Virus record (IMG/VR): IMGVR_UViG_2585428088_000002
Span: 395 to 64,394 of that record
Origin: a virus
DNA length: 64,000 nt
Reading direction: 5' to 3' (one strand)
The position numbers were made by a program, and so were the translations under genes. Shown piece after piece: positions 9,497 to 18,809 of this stretch. The notes below the pieces were generated by a model. It saw only the letters and a list, made by a program, of their open reading frames with translations. It made no database searches and was not told the origin of the DNA. Positions within the stretch are counted from its first letter, which is position 1, and every line of letters starts with the position of its first letter.

Positions 9497-9521
9497 GGGC
9501 GGTGGGCAACTGCTGCCCTTT
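9497..9521 (+). other. GC-rich hairpin with GNRA loop between SSB and DNA polymerase genes
   Basis: GGGCGGTGG-GCAA-CTGCTGCCC; counterpart GGCGGTGG-GAAA-CCGCCGCC near 62384-62408. Confidence 0.5.
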
Positions 9522-9541
9522 ACATACAAGGAGAGGATGAA

Positions 9542-11476
9542 ATGTATTTATCAATAGATATTGAGACTTATTCAGATGTGGATCTGACGAAATGCGGCGT
9601 TTATGCCTATGTAGACAGTCCCAACTTTACAGTGCTGCTATTCGCTTACGCATTTGATGATGAAGAAACTAAGATAGTGGATCTGGCTTGCGGGGAGAAG
9701 CTTCCTGCAGAAGTCCTTGAAGCACTAACCGATGGAAGCGTTATAAAGACAGCTTTCAATGCAGCATTCGAAAGAACCTGTCTTTCAAGATACCTGAACA
9801 CACCTCTATCTCCGGCTTCCTGGCAGTGTACGGCGGTGCAGTCGGCGATGCTTGCACTGCCACTGTCTCTTGACGGTGTGGGCGAGGTTTTGGATATTAG
9901 GCGAAAAAAGCTCAAGGAAGGCACCGACCTGGTCAGATACTTCTCCATTCCATGCAAGCCGACCAAGACAAACGAAGGAAGAACCAGAAACCTGCCGGAA
10001 CACTCGCCTGAAAAATGGGAGCTGTTCAAAACCTACTGCATCAGGGATGTGGATGCGGAGCGGGAGATAAGGTGGAAACTCAGGAATTTTCAGATTCCCG
10101 AAAGCGAGATGGAACTTTATAGGCTCGACCAGGAAATCAATGATAGAGGCATCATGGTTGACCGTGATCTTGTATCTCATGCCGTTGAGTGTGATCTTCA
10201 GTACAAAGATATGGTGACTGCACAGGCTTATGAATTGACTGGGCTTAACAACCCTAACTCTGTCACCCAAATCAAAGAATGGCTTATGGACAGAGGTGTC
10301 GAGGTGGAGAGCCTTGATAAAAAATCGGTCAAGGGCCTCATTCCAGAAACGGATGGAGAGGTGCTGGAGGTTCTGAAGCTGCGGCTGTTGATGGCAAAGA
10401 CCTCGATCAAGAAATATGAAGCCATTGAGCGCTCCGTCTGCTCGGATGGGAGGGTCCACGGTCTGCTCCAGTTTTATGGGGCGAATCGGACAGGACGTTG
10501 GGCAGGAAGGCTTGTCCAGGTTCAGAACCTGCCACAGAACCATCTGGCGGATTTGGCTCTTGCCAGAAGCCTTATAAAACAAGGCCGGTATGAGGATGTG
10601 GATTTGCTATTTGACTCCGTTCCAGGTGTGTTGTCGGAACTAATCCGAACTGCCTTTGTGCCAAAGCCTGGTACCCGGTTTATCGTAGCGGACTTTTCTG
10701 CAATTGAAGCAAGAGTGCTCGCATGGTTCTCTGGTGAGAAATGGCGTCTTGATGTATTTGCCAGCCACGGAAAGATCTATGAGGCATCGGCATCCGCCAT
10801 GTTCGGTGTTCCTATTGAGGAAATAACAAAAGGCAGCCCGTTTAGGCAGAAGGGCAAGATTGCGGAACTGGCTTTGGGCTATGGCGGATCTGTCGGAGCT
10901 TTGACTTCAATGGGAGCTTTGGACATGGGGCTGACTGAAGAAGAACTGCCCATACTGGTCAATCAGTGGAGAAGCGCGAATCCCCACATTACAAAGTTCT
11001 GGTGGGATGTAGATGCAGCTGCCACTTCGGCTGTACGTGAAAAGAAGGAAATGGTCGTCGGCAAGGTGTGCTTTTCCTACAAGTCCGGCATCCTGTTCAT
11101 CACACTGCCCTCCGGCAGAAAGCTCTCCTATATCAAGCCGAGACTCGATACCAACAAGTTTGGCCGTGAAGGCCTGACTTATGAGGGGATTGGCGAAAGC
11201 AAGAAGTGGCTGAGGATCGAAACCTATGGCCCAAAACTGGTCGAGAACATCGTGCAGGCAACAAGCCGCGACCTTTTGGCACTCGCCATGCTCAGGCTTC
11301 GCAACAGCGGATTTGAAATTGTGATGCACATTCACGATGAAGCTGTGCTGGAGGTTTCAGAAGGATATTCAAGCGTTGAAGATATATGCAGGATAATGTC
11401 GGTTGCTCCGGAATGGGCAACAGGATTGCCGCTTAGAGCGGACGGTTACGAATGTGATTTTTATAAAAAAGATTAG
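9542..11476 (+). CDS. Phage family A DNA polymerase
   Basis: SIDIETYS exonuclease motif, RTGRWAG, DFSAIEARV (motif A), RQKGKIAELALGYGG (motif B), HIHDE (motif C). Confidence 0.93.
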   Translation: MYLSIDIETYSDVDLTKCGVYAYVDSPNFTVLLFAYAFDDEETKIVDLACGEKLPAEVLEALTDGSVIKTAFNAAFERTCLSRYLNTPLSPASWQCTAVQSAMLALPLSLDGVGEVLDIRRKKLKEGTDLVRYFSIPCKPTKTNEGRTRNLPEHSPEKWELFKTYCIRDVDAEREIRWKLRNFQIPESEMELYRLDQEINDRGIMVDRDLVSHAVECDLQYKDMVTAQAYELTGLNNPNSVTQIKEWLMDRGVEVESLDKKSVKGLIPETDGEVLEVLKLRLLMAKTSIKKYEAIERSVCSDGRVHGLLQFYGANRTGRWAGRLVQVQNLPQNHLADLALARSLIKQGRYEDVDLLFDSVPGVLSELIRTAFVPKPGTRFIVADFSAIEARVLAWFSGEKWRLDVFASHGKIYEASASAMFGVPIEEITKGSPFRQKGKIAELALGYGGSVGALTSMGALDMGLTEEELPILVNQWRSANPHITKFWWDVDAAATSAVREKKEMVVGKVCFSYKSGILFITLPSGRKLSYIKPRLDTNKFGREGLTYEGIGESKKWLRIETYGPKLVENIVQATSRDLLALAMLRLRNSGFEIVMHIHDEAVLEVSEGYSSVEDICRIMSVAPEWATGLPLRADGYECDFYKKD

Positions 11477-11490
11477 GAGGATTAAGGATT

Positions 11491-12273
11491 ATGAATAATA
11501 TTAAGATTTTCAAAAATATCGAGTTTGGTGAAATTAGAACACTGGAACAGGACGGCAAGCCACTATTCTGCGGTAGCGATGTGGCAAAGGCGTTAGGCTA
11601 TGCCAAGCCACAGAATGCTATCGATGCACATTGTAGGTATGCCCTAAAACGAGGCATACCGCACCCACAATCGCCTGAGAAAACAATTGAAATGCTCTTT
11701 ATTCCTGAGGGTGACCTTTATCGGTTGATTGTTAACAGTAAATTGCCATCCGCAGAAAAGTTTGAACGCTGGGTTTTTGATGATGTTCTCCCAACTGTTA
11801 GAAAGCACGGTCTTTATGCCAAAGAGGAACTACTGAATGATCCGGACCTCTTTATATCCGCCCTTCAGGAATTGAAGGCAGAAAAAGAGAGAATCAAACT
11901 TCTGGAGCTTGAGAATGCGCAAAGCAGACAGATCATTTGTGAACTGCAGCCGAAAGCCAGCTACTACGATTTGATTTTACAGAATAAGAGTGTTATCCCT
12001 GTCAGCCAGATTGCGAAAGATTACGGGATGTCCGGTAAGGCCTTTAATAAGATGCTGCACGACCTGGGTGTTCAGTTCAAGCAGTGTAACACATGGCTCT
12101 TATACCAGAATTATGCTGACCAAGGTTACACCCAGTCCAAGACATATGCCATTGATGCTGAACGAAGTGCGATGCACACCTACTGGACGCAGAAGGGTAG
12201 ACTGTTTCTTTATGACTTGCTGAAAAATGAATGCGGCCTGTTGCCGGTTATTGAACGCAGGCTAAGCGCATAG
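11491..12273 (+). CDS. Phage antirepressor, BRO-N + ANT/KilAC domains
   Basis: FGEIRT...PLFCGSDVAKALGY, IPEGDLYRLI, AEKFERWVFD; QPKASYYD, IAKDYGMS, WTQKGRLF. Confidence 0.9.
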   Translation: MNNIKIFKNIEFGEIRTLEQDGKPLFCGSDVAKALGYAKPQNAIDAHCRYALKRGIPHPQSPEKTIEMLFIPEGDLYRLIVNSKLPSAEKFERWVFDDVLPTVRKHGLYAKEELLNDPDLFISALQELKAEKERIKLLELENAQSRQIICELQPKASYYDLILQNKSVIPVSQIAKDYGMSGKAFNKMLHDLGVQFKQCNTWLLYQNYADQGYTQSKTYAIDAERSAMHTYWTQKGRLFLYDLLKNECGLLPVIERRLSA

Positions 12274-12286
12274 GGGGTGTGTTTCT

Positions 12287-12697
12287 TTGGGAATCAGCAA
12301 ATACAACGCGGAAGGTTACTATGATCCGACCGCATATGAAGGCATCCGCAATGCAGAAGCGGATGCCAGAAAACTTAAGATTAAGTATCCCACAGGATAT
12401 ATGGAGCTGAACCTTGATTACTTTTTTCCCTGTACTCTGGACAAAGCCAGGAAGGTCTTTTCTCTGATTCACAGATATTCATCGGAAGTCGACAAAGACA
12501 GATTGCTTGCATTCCTTTATGGGTTGGAGAGCAGATATGGTGCCCAGATGCAGGAGTATGCCGATAAGGCAATGTACTATCCTGAGAAAACAGAGGAGTA
12601 TCGAGAGTACACTTCAAGGTTTAAGGAAGCAAGGCGGCTCCGTCAGCGAACCGCAAGAAACATAGAACTCTTTACCGCAGGGAGGGAACTCAGATGA
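12287..12697 (+). CDS. Hypothetical phage protein
   Basis: 136-aa ORF coupled to the next gene; N-terminal YNAEGYYDPTAYE motif typical of this phage group. Confidence 0.65.
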   Translation: MGISKYNAEGYYDPTAYEGIRNAEADARKLKIKYPTGYMELNLDYFFPCTLDKARKVFSLIHRYSSEVDKDRLLAFLYGLESRYGAQMQEYADKAMYYPEKTEEYREYTSRFKEARRLRQRTARNIELFTAGRELR

Positions 12698-15081
12698 AAA
12701 TAAGGCTTTGTACGGGCAATTCCCGTATGGACAAACATTGGAACCTGACGGAAATGGAACTAGACGAGTTCCGTAACCGCATATCCACCACTCACAGAAC
12801 CGCAGAGACGGTGGAGCAGTACAAGAAACTCAGCAAGGCCAAGCAGGATGAGATTAAAGACGTTGGAGGCTTTGTACTTGGAACCCTGAAAGGTGGCAGA
12901 CGAAAAAAGGACTGTGTCCTGACCCGCTCGGGGCTATGTCTGGATATGGACTACGCACTGCCAGACACCATCGAACAGATCGAGATGTTCTTTTCCTTCA
13001 AATGCTATTTCTACTCCACACATAAACATACTCAAGAAAAGCCACGCCTTCGACTAATTATTCCACTCGCCCGCGAGGTGTCACCCGATGAGTACTCTGC
13101 GGTAGCAAGAAAGGTGGCAGAGGAAATCGGCATTGAGCTCTTTGACGATACCACCTATGAACCGAGCCGACTGATGTATTGGCCATCGACCTCCGCTAAC
13201 GGGGAGGTCCTGTTCCGTGAGATAGACGGAGATCTCCTTGACCCAGATGCAGTCCTTGCCAAATATAAGGACTGGCACAATTCAGCTGAATGGCCGGTAT
13301 CAAAAAGGCAGCAGACTGTGGTGCAGCGGGAGGTCAAGAAACAGGCTGACCCTCTGGAAAAGCCAGGAACGGTTGGAGCCTTCTGCCGTACTTACTCTGT
13401 GACGGATGCCATTGATACTTTCCTTAATGATGTATATCGCAAGAGTGCAATGACCGGTCGCTACGACTATATCCCTGCAGACTCCCAGGCGGGTGTAGTT
13501 ATTTATGAAGATAAATATGCATACAGCCACCATGCTACAGACCCTGCTTGCGGGCATCTCATGAACGCCTTTGATGTGGTGCGAATCCATAAGTTCGGTG
13601 GTCTGGATGCCAGAGCGGACGAGGACACAGAGCCCTCCAAGCTGCCATCCTTCAAAGCCATGCAAGAATTTGTCGTTGATGACGAAAAGGTGAAGCTACG
13701 CCTTGCCAAAGAGCGCGAGAGTCAGGCTATGGCAGAGTTTGATGGAGTTGATGAAGAAAACTGGCAGACCTTTCTAGAGCTGGACAAACAGGGGAGGGTT
13801 AAAGATACCCTGACTAATATTGCTAATATTATCCGCTATGACAGCAACCTCAAACCCATCGTATACAACGAGTTCAAAAGTATGCTTGATGTGATTGGAG
13901 AATTGCCGTGGAGCCAAGTGCGCCCCGGTTGGGGTGATGCCGACCTTGCCTGCGCAAAAGTGTACTTTGAGAGGGTGTACGGGATCTGGTCACCTACTAA
14001 ATTTAAGGACGCGCTACTAGCGGTTTCATCTGCAGAACGCACCTACCATCCAATTAAGGAATATCTGGCAACAATCGCATGGGATGGAGAGGAACGTATC
14101 GACACACTGCTTATAGATTATCTCGGTGCAGACGATACCGCATTCGTCAGAGCAGTTACAAGAAAGACACTTTGTGCCGCTGTTGCCCGTGTATATGAGC
14201 CCGGCATCAAGTACGACTCCATCCTTGTTCTTAATGGTCCGCAGGGAGTTGGCAAGTCCACACTCTTTGCTCTTCTTGGACGGCAGTGGTATTCGGACAG
14301 TCTGTCCATTTCGGATATGAAGGACAAGACCGCTGCAGAGAAGCTGCAGGGCTATTGGATTCTTGAGCTTGGGGAGCTGGCGGGCATCAAGAAGGTGGAT
14401 GTGGAGACAGTCAAATCTTTCATCAGCCGGACAGACGATAAATTCCGTCAGTCCTATGGCGTCAATGTGGAAAGCCATCCAAGAACCAACATCATCGTGG
14501 GGTCAACAAATGCTGAGAGTGGCTTCCTCCGTGACATCACAGGAAACAGACGCTTCTGGCCTGTTCATGTTACGGGCAACGGGAAATATAATGCGTGGGA
14601 TTTAACCGAGGTCGACCAGGTTTGGGCCGAAGCCATCGTGAAGTACCGTGCCGGAGAGGAGCTGTTCCTTAAAGGCGAAGTGGCAACGCAAGCATATGTT
14701 GCTCAGCAACAGGCAATGGAATCCGATGACCGTGAGGGTATCATCAGCGATTACCTAGACCATCTGCTACCGGAAAACTGGGATGGCATGGATCTTTATC
14801 AGAGAAGGAGTTTCCTGGGCGGTAGCGAGTTTGACGGTGCAACCACAACAGGGAGTGTCGGCCGCGACAAAGTCTGCGTGATGGAAATCTGGTGTGAGTG
14901 CTTTGGCAAGGAGCGTCAGAACCTCAAGCGCACCGACTCCTATGAAATTGAAGGTATTTTGACTCGCATCGGAGGGTGGCGGAAATTGACCTCCAACAAA
15001 ACCGGAAAGACTTATTACCCCCTTTATGGTCCGCAGAAAACCTTCGTCCGTGAAAAGCAAGGCACAAAATCGGGGAGTTAG
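12694..15081 (+). CDS. Primase-helicase (virulence-associated E / VapE family)
   Basis: N-terminal primase-like DVGGFV.G..K.GRR..LDMD and STHKH; Walker A GPQGVGKS, Walker B ILELGEL, TGNRRFWP. Confidence 0.9.
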   Translation: MKIRLCTGNSRMDKHWNLTEMELDEFRNRISTTHRTAETVEQYKKLSKAKQDEIKDVGGFVLGTLKGGRRKKDCVLTRSGLCLDMDYALPDTIEQIEMFFSFKCYFYSTHKHTQEKPRLRLIIPLAREVSPDEYSAVARKVAEEIGIELFDDTTYEPSRLMYWPSTSANGEVLFREIDGDLLDPDAVLAKYKDWHNSAEWPVSKRQQTVVQREVKKQADPLEKPGTVGAFCRTYSVTDAIDTFLNDVYRKSAMTGRYDYIPADSQAGVVIYEDKYAYSHHATDPACGHLMNAFDVVRIHKFGGLDARADEDTEPSKLPSFKAMQEFVVDDEKVKLRLAKERESQAMAEFDGVDEENWQTFLELDKQGRVKDTLTNIANIIRYDSNLKPIVYNEFKSMLDVIGELPWSQVRPGWGDADLACAKVYFERVYGIWSPTKFKDALLAVSSAERTYHPIKEYLATIAWDGEERIDTLLIDYLGADDTAFVRAVTRKTLCAAVARVYEPGIKYDSILVLNGPQGVGKSTLFALLGRQWYSDSLSISDMKDKTAAEKLQGYWILELGELAGIKKVDVETVKSFISRTDDKFRQSYGVNVESHPRTNIIVGSTNAESGFLRDITGNRRFWPVHVTGNGKYNAWDLTEVDQVWAEAIVKYRAGEELFLKGEVATQAYVAQQQAMESDDREGIISDYLDHLLPENWDGMDLYQRRSFLGGSEFDGATTTGSVGRDKVCVMEIWCECFGKERQNLKRTDSYEIEGILTRIGGWRKLTSNKTGKTYYPLYGPQKTFVREKQGTKSGS

Positions 15082-15294
15082 GCACATGCCTATCGTTCCG
15101 TAAAAACCAACGGCACAAAGATAGGCATAGCCTAAAATGGTAGTAAAACAGGGTGGCCTGTAAGCTTTGTGCCTATCGTGCCTATAAATAACCATAATGA
15201 GCGATAAAAATATATGAAATAGTAGGAATAGGCACATGTATGTCCGTGTACACGCGTATAGAAGTTTTTGGCTTAGGCACGGAACATCGGCACA
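15061..15294. repeat. GGCAC(A) iteron cluster, putative replication origin
   Basis: GGCA(C) copies at 15061, 15081, 15112, 15124, 15231, 15276, 15289 and inverted TGCC(TAT) copies near 15087, 15170, 15179, around an AT-rich core at 15185-15225. Confidence 0.6.
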
Positions 15295-15316
15295 AGTGCT
15301 GAGAGGAGATGGTCTT

Positions 15317-15598
15317 TTGCGAGAAAGTGCAATAGAAAGAAAATTGGTCACCGAGGTAAAAAAGCGTGGAGGGCTTGCTGTCAAATTTGTATCGCCCGGT
15401 CTTGATGGAGTGCCGGACCGTCTTGTTCTATTCCCTGGCGGCAAGATGGCTTTCGTGGAACTGAAAGCCCCCGGTAAGAACATGCGGCCTATACAGGAGA
15501 AACGGGCAAGGCAGCTAACCGCTTTAGGCTTTAGAGTCTACTGCGTGGACAACAAAGAAATGATTGGAGGTGTGCTTGATGAAATACAAGCCGCATAG
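15317..15598 (+). CDS. VRR-NUC domain nuclease
   Basis: ESAIE..L...VKK.GG...KF.SPG..GVPDR..FVELKAPG; TTG start after GAGGAG. Confidence 0.88.
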   Translation: MRESAIERKLVTEVKKRGGLAVKFVSPGLDGVPDRLVLFPGGKMAFVELKAPGKNMRPIQEKRARQLTALGFRVYCVDNKEMIGGVLDEIQAA

Positions 15599-16925
15599 CT
15601 ATCAGGAATATGCAAAAGAGTTCATACTGGCACACCCGGTCTGCTGCCTTATGCTCGACATGGGACTCGGCAAGACAATTATCACGCTTTCGGCATTATG
15701 GCTGCTTGCTTTGGATAGCTTCGACATTGGTAAGATCCTCGTTATCGCTCCCAAGCGAGTAGCTGAAGATACCTGGCCAAAGGAGATGGCAAAGTGGGAG
15801 CATCTGACAGGACTTACATTCTCTTTGGTACTTGGCAACCAGAAACAGAGAGAGGAAGCCCTTAACAAACGTGCTTTTGTTTATATCATCAACAGGGAGA
15901 ATGTATCGTGGCTTATTGAAAACGGCCAATGGGATTTTGACACCGTGGTTATAGATGAACTGTCCAGCTTCAAATCCAATAAGGCACAGCGGTTCAAAAC
16001 CTTGAAGAAAGTCCGTCCGAAAGTGCAGAGGGTTATAGGGCTTACCGGCACTCCGGCACCGAACTCGCTCCTTGACCTTTGGCCGCAATTGTATCTGTTG
16101 GATATGGGGCAGAGGCTCGGGCGCTTCATCGGCGGCTACCGTGAAAGGTTCTTTAAGCCGGATAAGCGCAATCGTGAAATTATCTATTCTTATAAAACCC
16201 GTGACGGTGCGGAGGAAAAAATATATGAACTGATTTCCGATGTCTGCATTTCCATGAAAGCCGTGGACTTCCTCGATATGCCGGAGAAGGTGTATAACCG
16301 CATTGAGGTTTCGATGGAGAAGAAGGAGCAACAGCTTTACGACCGTTTTCAAAAGGATATGGTTCTTTCCCTTGGTGGTGAGGATGTTGACGCCATCAAT
16401 GCTGCCGGCCTTTCAAACAAATTGCTGCAGATGGCAAATGGTGCGGTCTACGGCGAGGACAGAAAAGTCCTCCGCATCCACGATAGAAAGCTGGATGCAC
16501 TGGAGGATTTGATTGAAGCCGCCAATGGCAAGCCGATCCTTGTAGCTTACTGGTATAAGCACGACCTTGCCAGAATTCGTAAGCGGTTCGATGTACGAAC
16601 AATTGATACCCCAGAGGATATTGACGACTGGAATGCCGAAAAAATACCTGTGGCTCTGATCCATCCGGCTTCGGCGGGTCACGGTTTGAACCTCCAAGAA
16701 GGCGGCTCCACCGTAGTATGGTTCGGGCTTACCTGGTCTTTGGAACTGTATCAGCAGTTGAACGCAAGGCTCTGGCGGCAGGGTCAAAAAAACACTGTGG
16801 TGATTGCCCATATCGTTACCCGCGGTACACATGATGAAGATGTGATGAAAGCGCTGGAACGAAAGGATATGAGGCAGTCCGCTTTGATCGCAGCGGTCAA
16901 AGCCAGGATTGGAGGTGCATCATGA
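15579..16925 (+). CDS. SNF2-family DEAD/H helicase
   Basis: LDMGLGKT, VVIDELS, GLTGTP, GHGLNLQ, QLNARLWRQGQ. Confidence 0.9.
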   Translation: MKYKPHSYQEYAKEFILAHPVCCLMLDMGLGKTIITLSALWLLALDSFDIGKILVIAPKRVAEDTWPKEMAKWEHLTGLTFSLVLGNQKQREEALNKRAFVYIINRENVSWLIENGQWDFDTVVIDELSSFKSNKAQRFKTLKKVRPKVQRVIGLTGTPAPNSLLDLWPQLYLLDMGQRLGRFIGGYRERFFKPDKRNREIIYSYKTRDGAEEKIYELISDVCISMKAVDFLDMPEKVYNRIEVSMEKKEQQLYDRFQKDMVLSLGGEDVDAINAAGLSNKLLQMANGAVYGEDRKVLRIHDRKLDALEDLIEAANGKPILVAYWYKHDLARIRKRFDVRTIDTPEDIDDWNAEKIPVALIHPASAGHGLNLQEGGSTVVWFGLTWSLELYQQLNARLWRQGQKNTVVIAHIVTRGTHDEDVMKALERKDMRQSALIAAVKARIGGAS

Positions 16926-17413
16926 ACGAAAGGATAGAGAAAATAATGCAGGATTATCCGCAGATGGTGATGGAACGGACTTGTTTAGAAAATCAGATAT
17001 TGAATTTTAAAGGCATCACCGGAACCGAAATGATAGAGTCCATGTATTTTACGCAGCCGGAGGGTGAGCGAGTTCAGGCTAGTGGCGTTTCTGATAAGAC
17101 TGCCCGTATTGCCATAACATACAAGAACAAAATGGAACGTATCAATTGTGAGTGGCGGGAACATTTAGAGAAGAAACATTCTATCCTTGCGGAGGAACTG
17201 ATCTTTTTCGAGTCAGCTGTTCTTTCCTTGAGCGGCATTCTCCCTGATTTTATTTCCGATATGGTCATCGAAGGCCTTACATGGGATGACCTAGCTGACA
17301 AATACCATGTCAGCCGGACGATGGTGGCAAAGTATCGCAAGAAGGCAATCCATGAACTGGAAATTCTGTACGCCATTCACGACCAGGAAATGGCAGAATA
17401 TATTTTGAGGTGA
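16922..17413 (+). CDS. ArpU/RinA/DUF1492-like late transcriptional activator
   Basis: Position after helicase; C-terminal sigma70-region-4-like HTH TWDDLADKYHVSRTMVAKYRKKAI. Confidence 0.65.
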   Translation: MNERIEKIMQDYPQMVMERTCLENQILNFKGITGTEMIESMYFTQPEGERVQASGVSDKTARIAITYKNKMERINCEWREHLEKKHSILAEELIFFESAVLSLSGILPDFISDMVIEGLTWDDLADKYHVSRTMVAKYRKKAIHELEILYAIHDQEMAEYILR

Positions 17414-17784
17414 ATGTGATGTGTAAAAGAGGAGATATTTATTTCGTGGATTTCGGAAAGAACATAGATACAAGAAAACAGTGCGGAATCCGTCCTGTGG
17501 TTGTGGTCAGCAATAATAAGGCAAATGCCTATTCTCCTGTTATCACCGTTGTGCCGCTCACTTCCAAAATCCACAAGAAACGGTTTCTGCCAACCCATGT
17601 GTATATTCCCGTATCTGCCGGATGCGGAATGAGACGTGGAAGCCTGGCTCTTGCTGAACAGGTGGAAGCCATTGACAAGGACCGCCTTCTTGAGAAAAAG
17701 GGGTATATTGCTAGCGATGTTATTATGGGGAAAATCACAAAGGCAATACAGATACAGATCGGAGCATACGAAGAATATAACTGA
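17410..17784 (+). CDS. PemK/MazF-family endoribonuclease toxin
   Basis: KRGDIYFVDF, Q.G.RPVVVVSN, VVPLTS, LAEQV.AIDK.RL. Confidence 0.88.
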   Translation: MNVMCKRGDIYFVDFGKNIDTRKQCGIRPVVVVSNNKANAYSPVITVVPLTSKIHKKRFLPTHVYIPVSAGCGMRRGSLALAEQVEAIDKDRLLEKKGYIASDVIMGKITKAIQIQIGAYEEYN

Positions 17785-17820
17785 TTGAATTTTAGCAGTA
17801 AAAGATTTTTTGTTTTACCA

Positions 17821-17849
17821 TTGACACTCTAACGGCAGTATGGTACATT
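17821..17849 (+). promoter_or_regulatory. Strong sigmaA promoter for moron 17902-18621
   Basis: TTGACA, 17-bp spacer, TG-n-TACATT extended -10; GGAGG RBS upstream of ATG. Confidence 0.7.
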
Positions 17850-17901
17850 TATCTCAAGATAAGTCTACCGGATATATGGTACAAAAATATGGAGGTGTAA
17901 T

Positions 17902-18621
17902 ATGGGAAGACAAAATTATATGACGATTACCGTAGCGGACACAATTCAGGATATGTTTAACGAGTTTGTGACAATCAAGGGGATTACAAAAACGGCAGCA
18001 CTTAATGATGTAGTAGAAATGTATATGCTGGCTAAAGACGAAGAATTGTATTTGAACCTCAAAAAAAAGTACTTAAATGTTGAGGGGGTGAAGAACATGA
18101 TTGCTGATCGAGATAGTAAGATTGATGATTCAATACCAGAGTACTTGTTTATGAAGCTGGGAATATCCACAACAAATGAAGGCGATGAACTTGATGGAGA
18201 AGAAACAGTTAGGGTTTATATGAACGATGAAAAGATCAGAGGCTTTACTTGGTTTTCTACACAGTCTTTGTTTTATGGGATGAGTCAGGATCGAGTGAAG
18301 CATTACAACAATCAGATTGCGGCTGGGAAAAAGGTGAAAATCCTTTTTGCAGTCAACAACGAAAATTTCGATAATGACATCGCATTTAGCGCTGATGTTC
18401 TGGAAGTGTTTTCTGCCAAGCTTCCGGTGGAATGTCCTGAAGAAGGGCTTCCGGTTGAATTTGATGGTGAAAAGGCGCGCATTTGGATTAAACTTGTTAA
18501 CATTCAAGATGAAACAAAAATTAATGCGAGCATGATGCAAATAACAAGTACTGGAAGAGATTTAAAACAGACCATATCAAATTCTCAGTATCATTTTGGA
18601 TATGTGTCATTCAAAGAATAA
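17902..18621 (+). CDS. Moron: N-terminal ribbon-helix-helix-like domain + uncharacterised C-terminal domain
   Basis: AT-rich ORF with own promoter; YMTITV-helix-helix N-terminus; C-terminal G.TWF...WIKL...STG..L pattern. Confidence 0.6.
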   Translation: MGRQNYMTITVADTIQDMFNEFVTIKGITKTAALNDVVEMYMLAKDEELYLNLKKKYLNVEGVKNMIADRDSKIDDSIPEYLFMKLGISTTNEGDELDGEETVRVYMNDEKIRGFTWFSTQSLFYGMSQDRVKHYNNQIAAGKKVKILFAVNNENFDNDIAFSADVLEVFSAKLPVECPEEGLPVEFDGEKARIWIKLVNIQDETKINASMMQITSTGRDLKQTISNSQYHFGYVSFKE

Positions 18622-18638
18622 GAGTATATTTCGCTAAA

Positions 18639-18696
18639 TGGTTTACTGAAGGTGTACTAAAGGTGTACTGCTTTTTCATTTCGACCGCGCTATACT
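18639..18696 (+). promoter_or_regulatory. Putative activator-dependent late promoter with three 11-bp direct repeats
   Basis: TGGTTTACTGA / AGGTGTACTAA / AGGTGTACTGC at 18639, 18650, 18661; TATACT -10 at 18691 with no consensus -35. Confidence 0.5.
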
Positions 18697-18809
18697 TATA
18701 ATTGCCAGGAAAGCATACAGAGTCTGGGTTCTCCCCCAGGCTCTTTTTCTTTGGCCGGATGCGTATTTCATCCTTTCACGCATCCGTACATAAGAAGGGA
18801 GAAATAATT

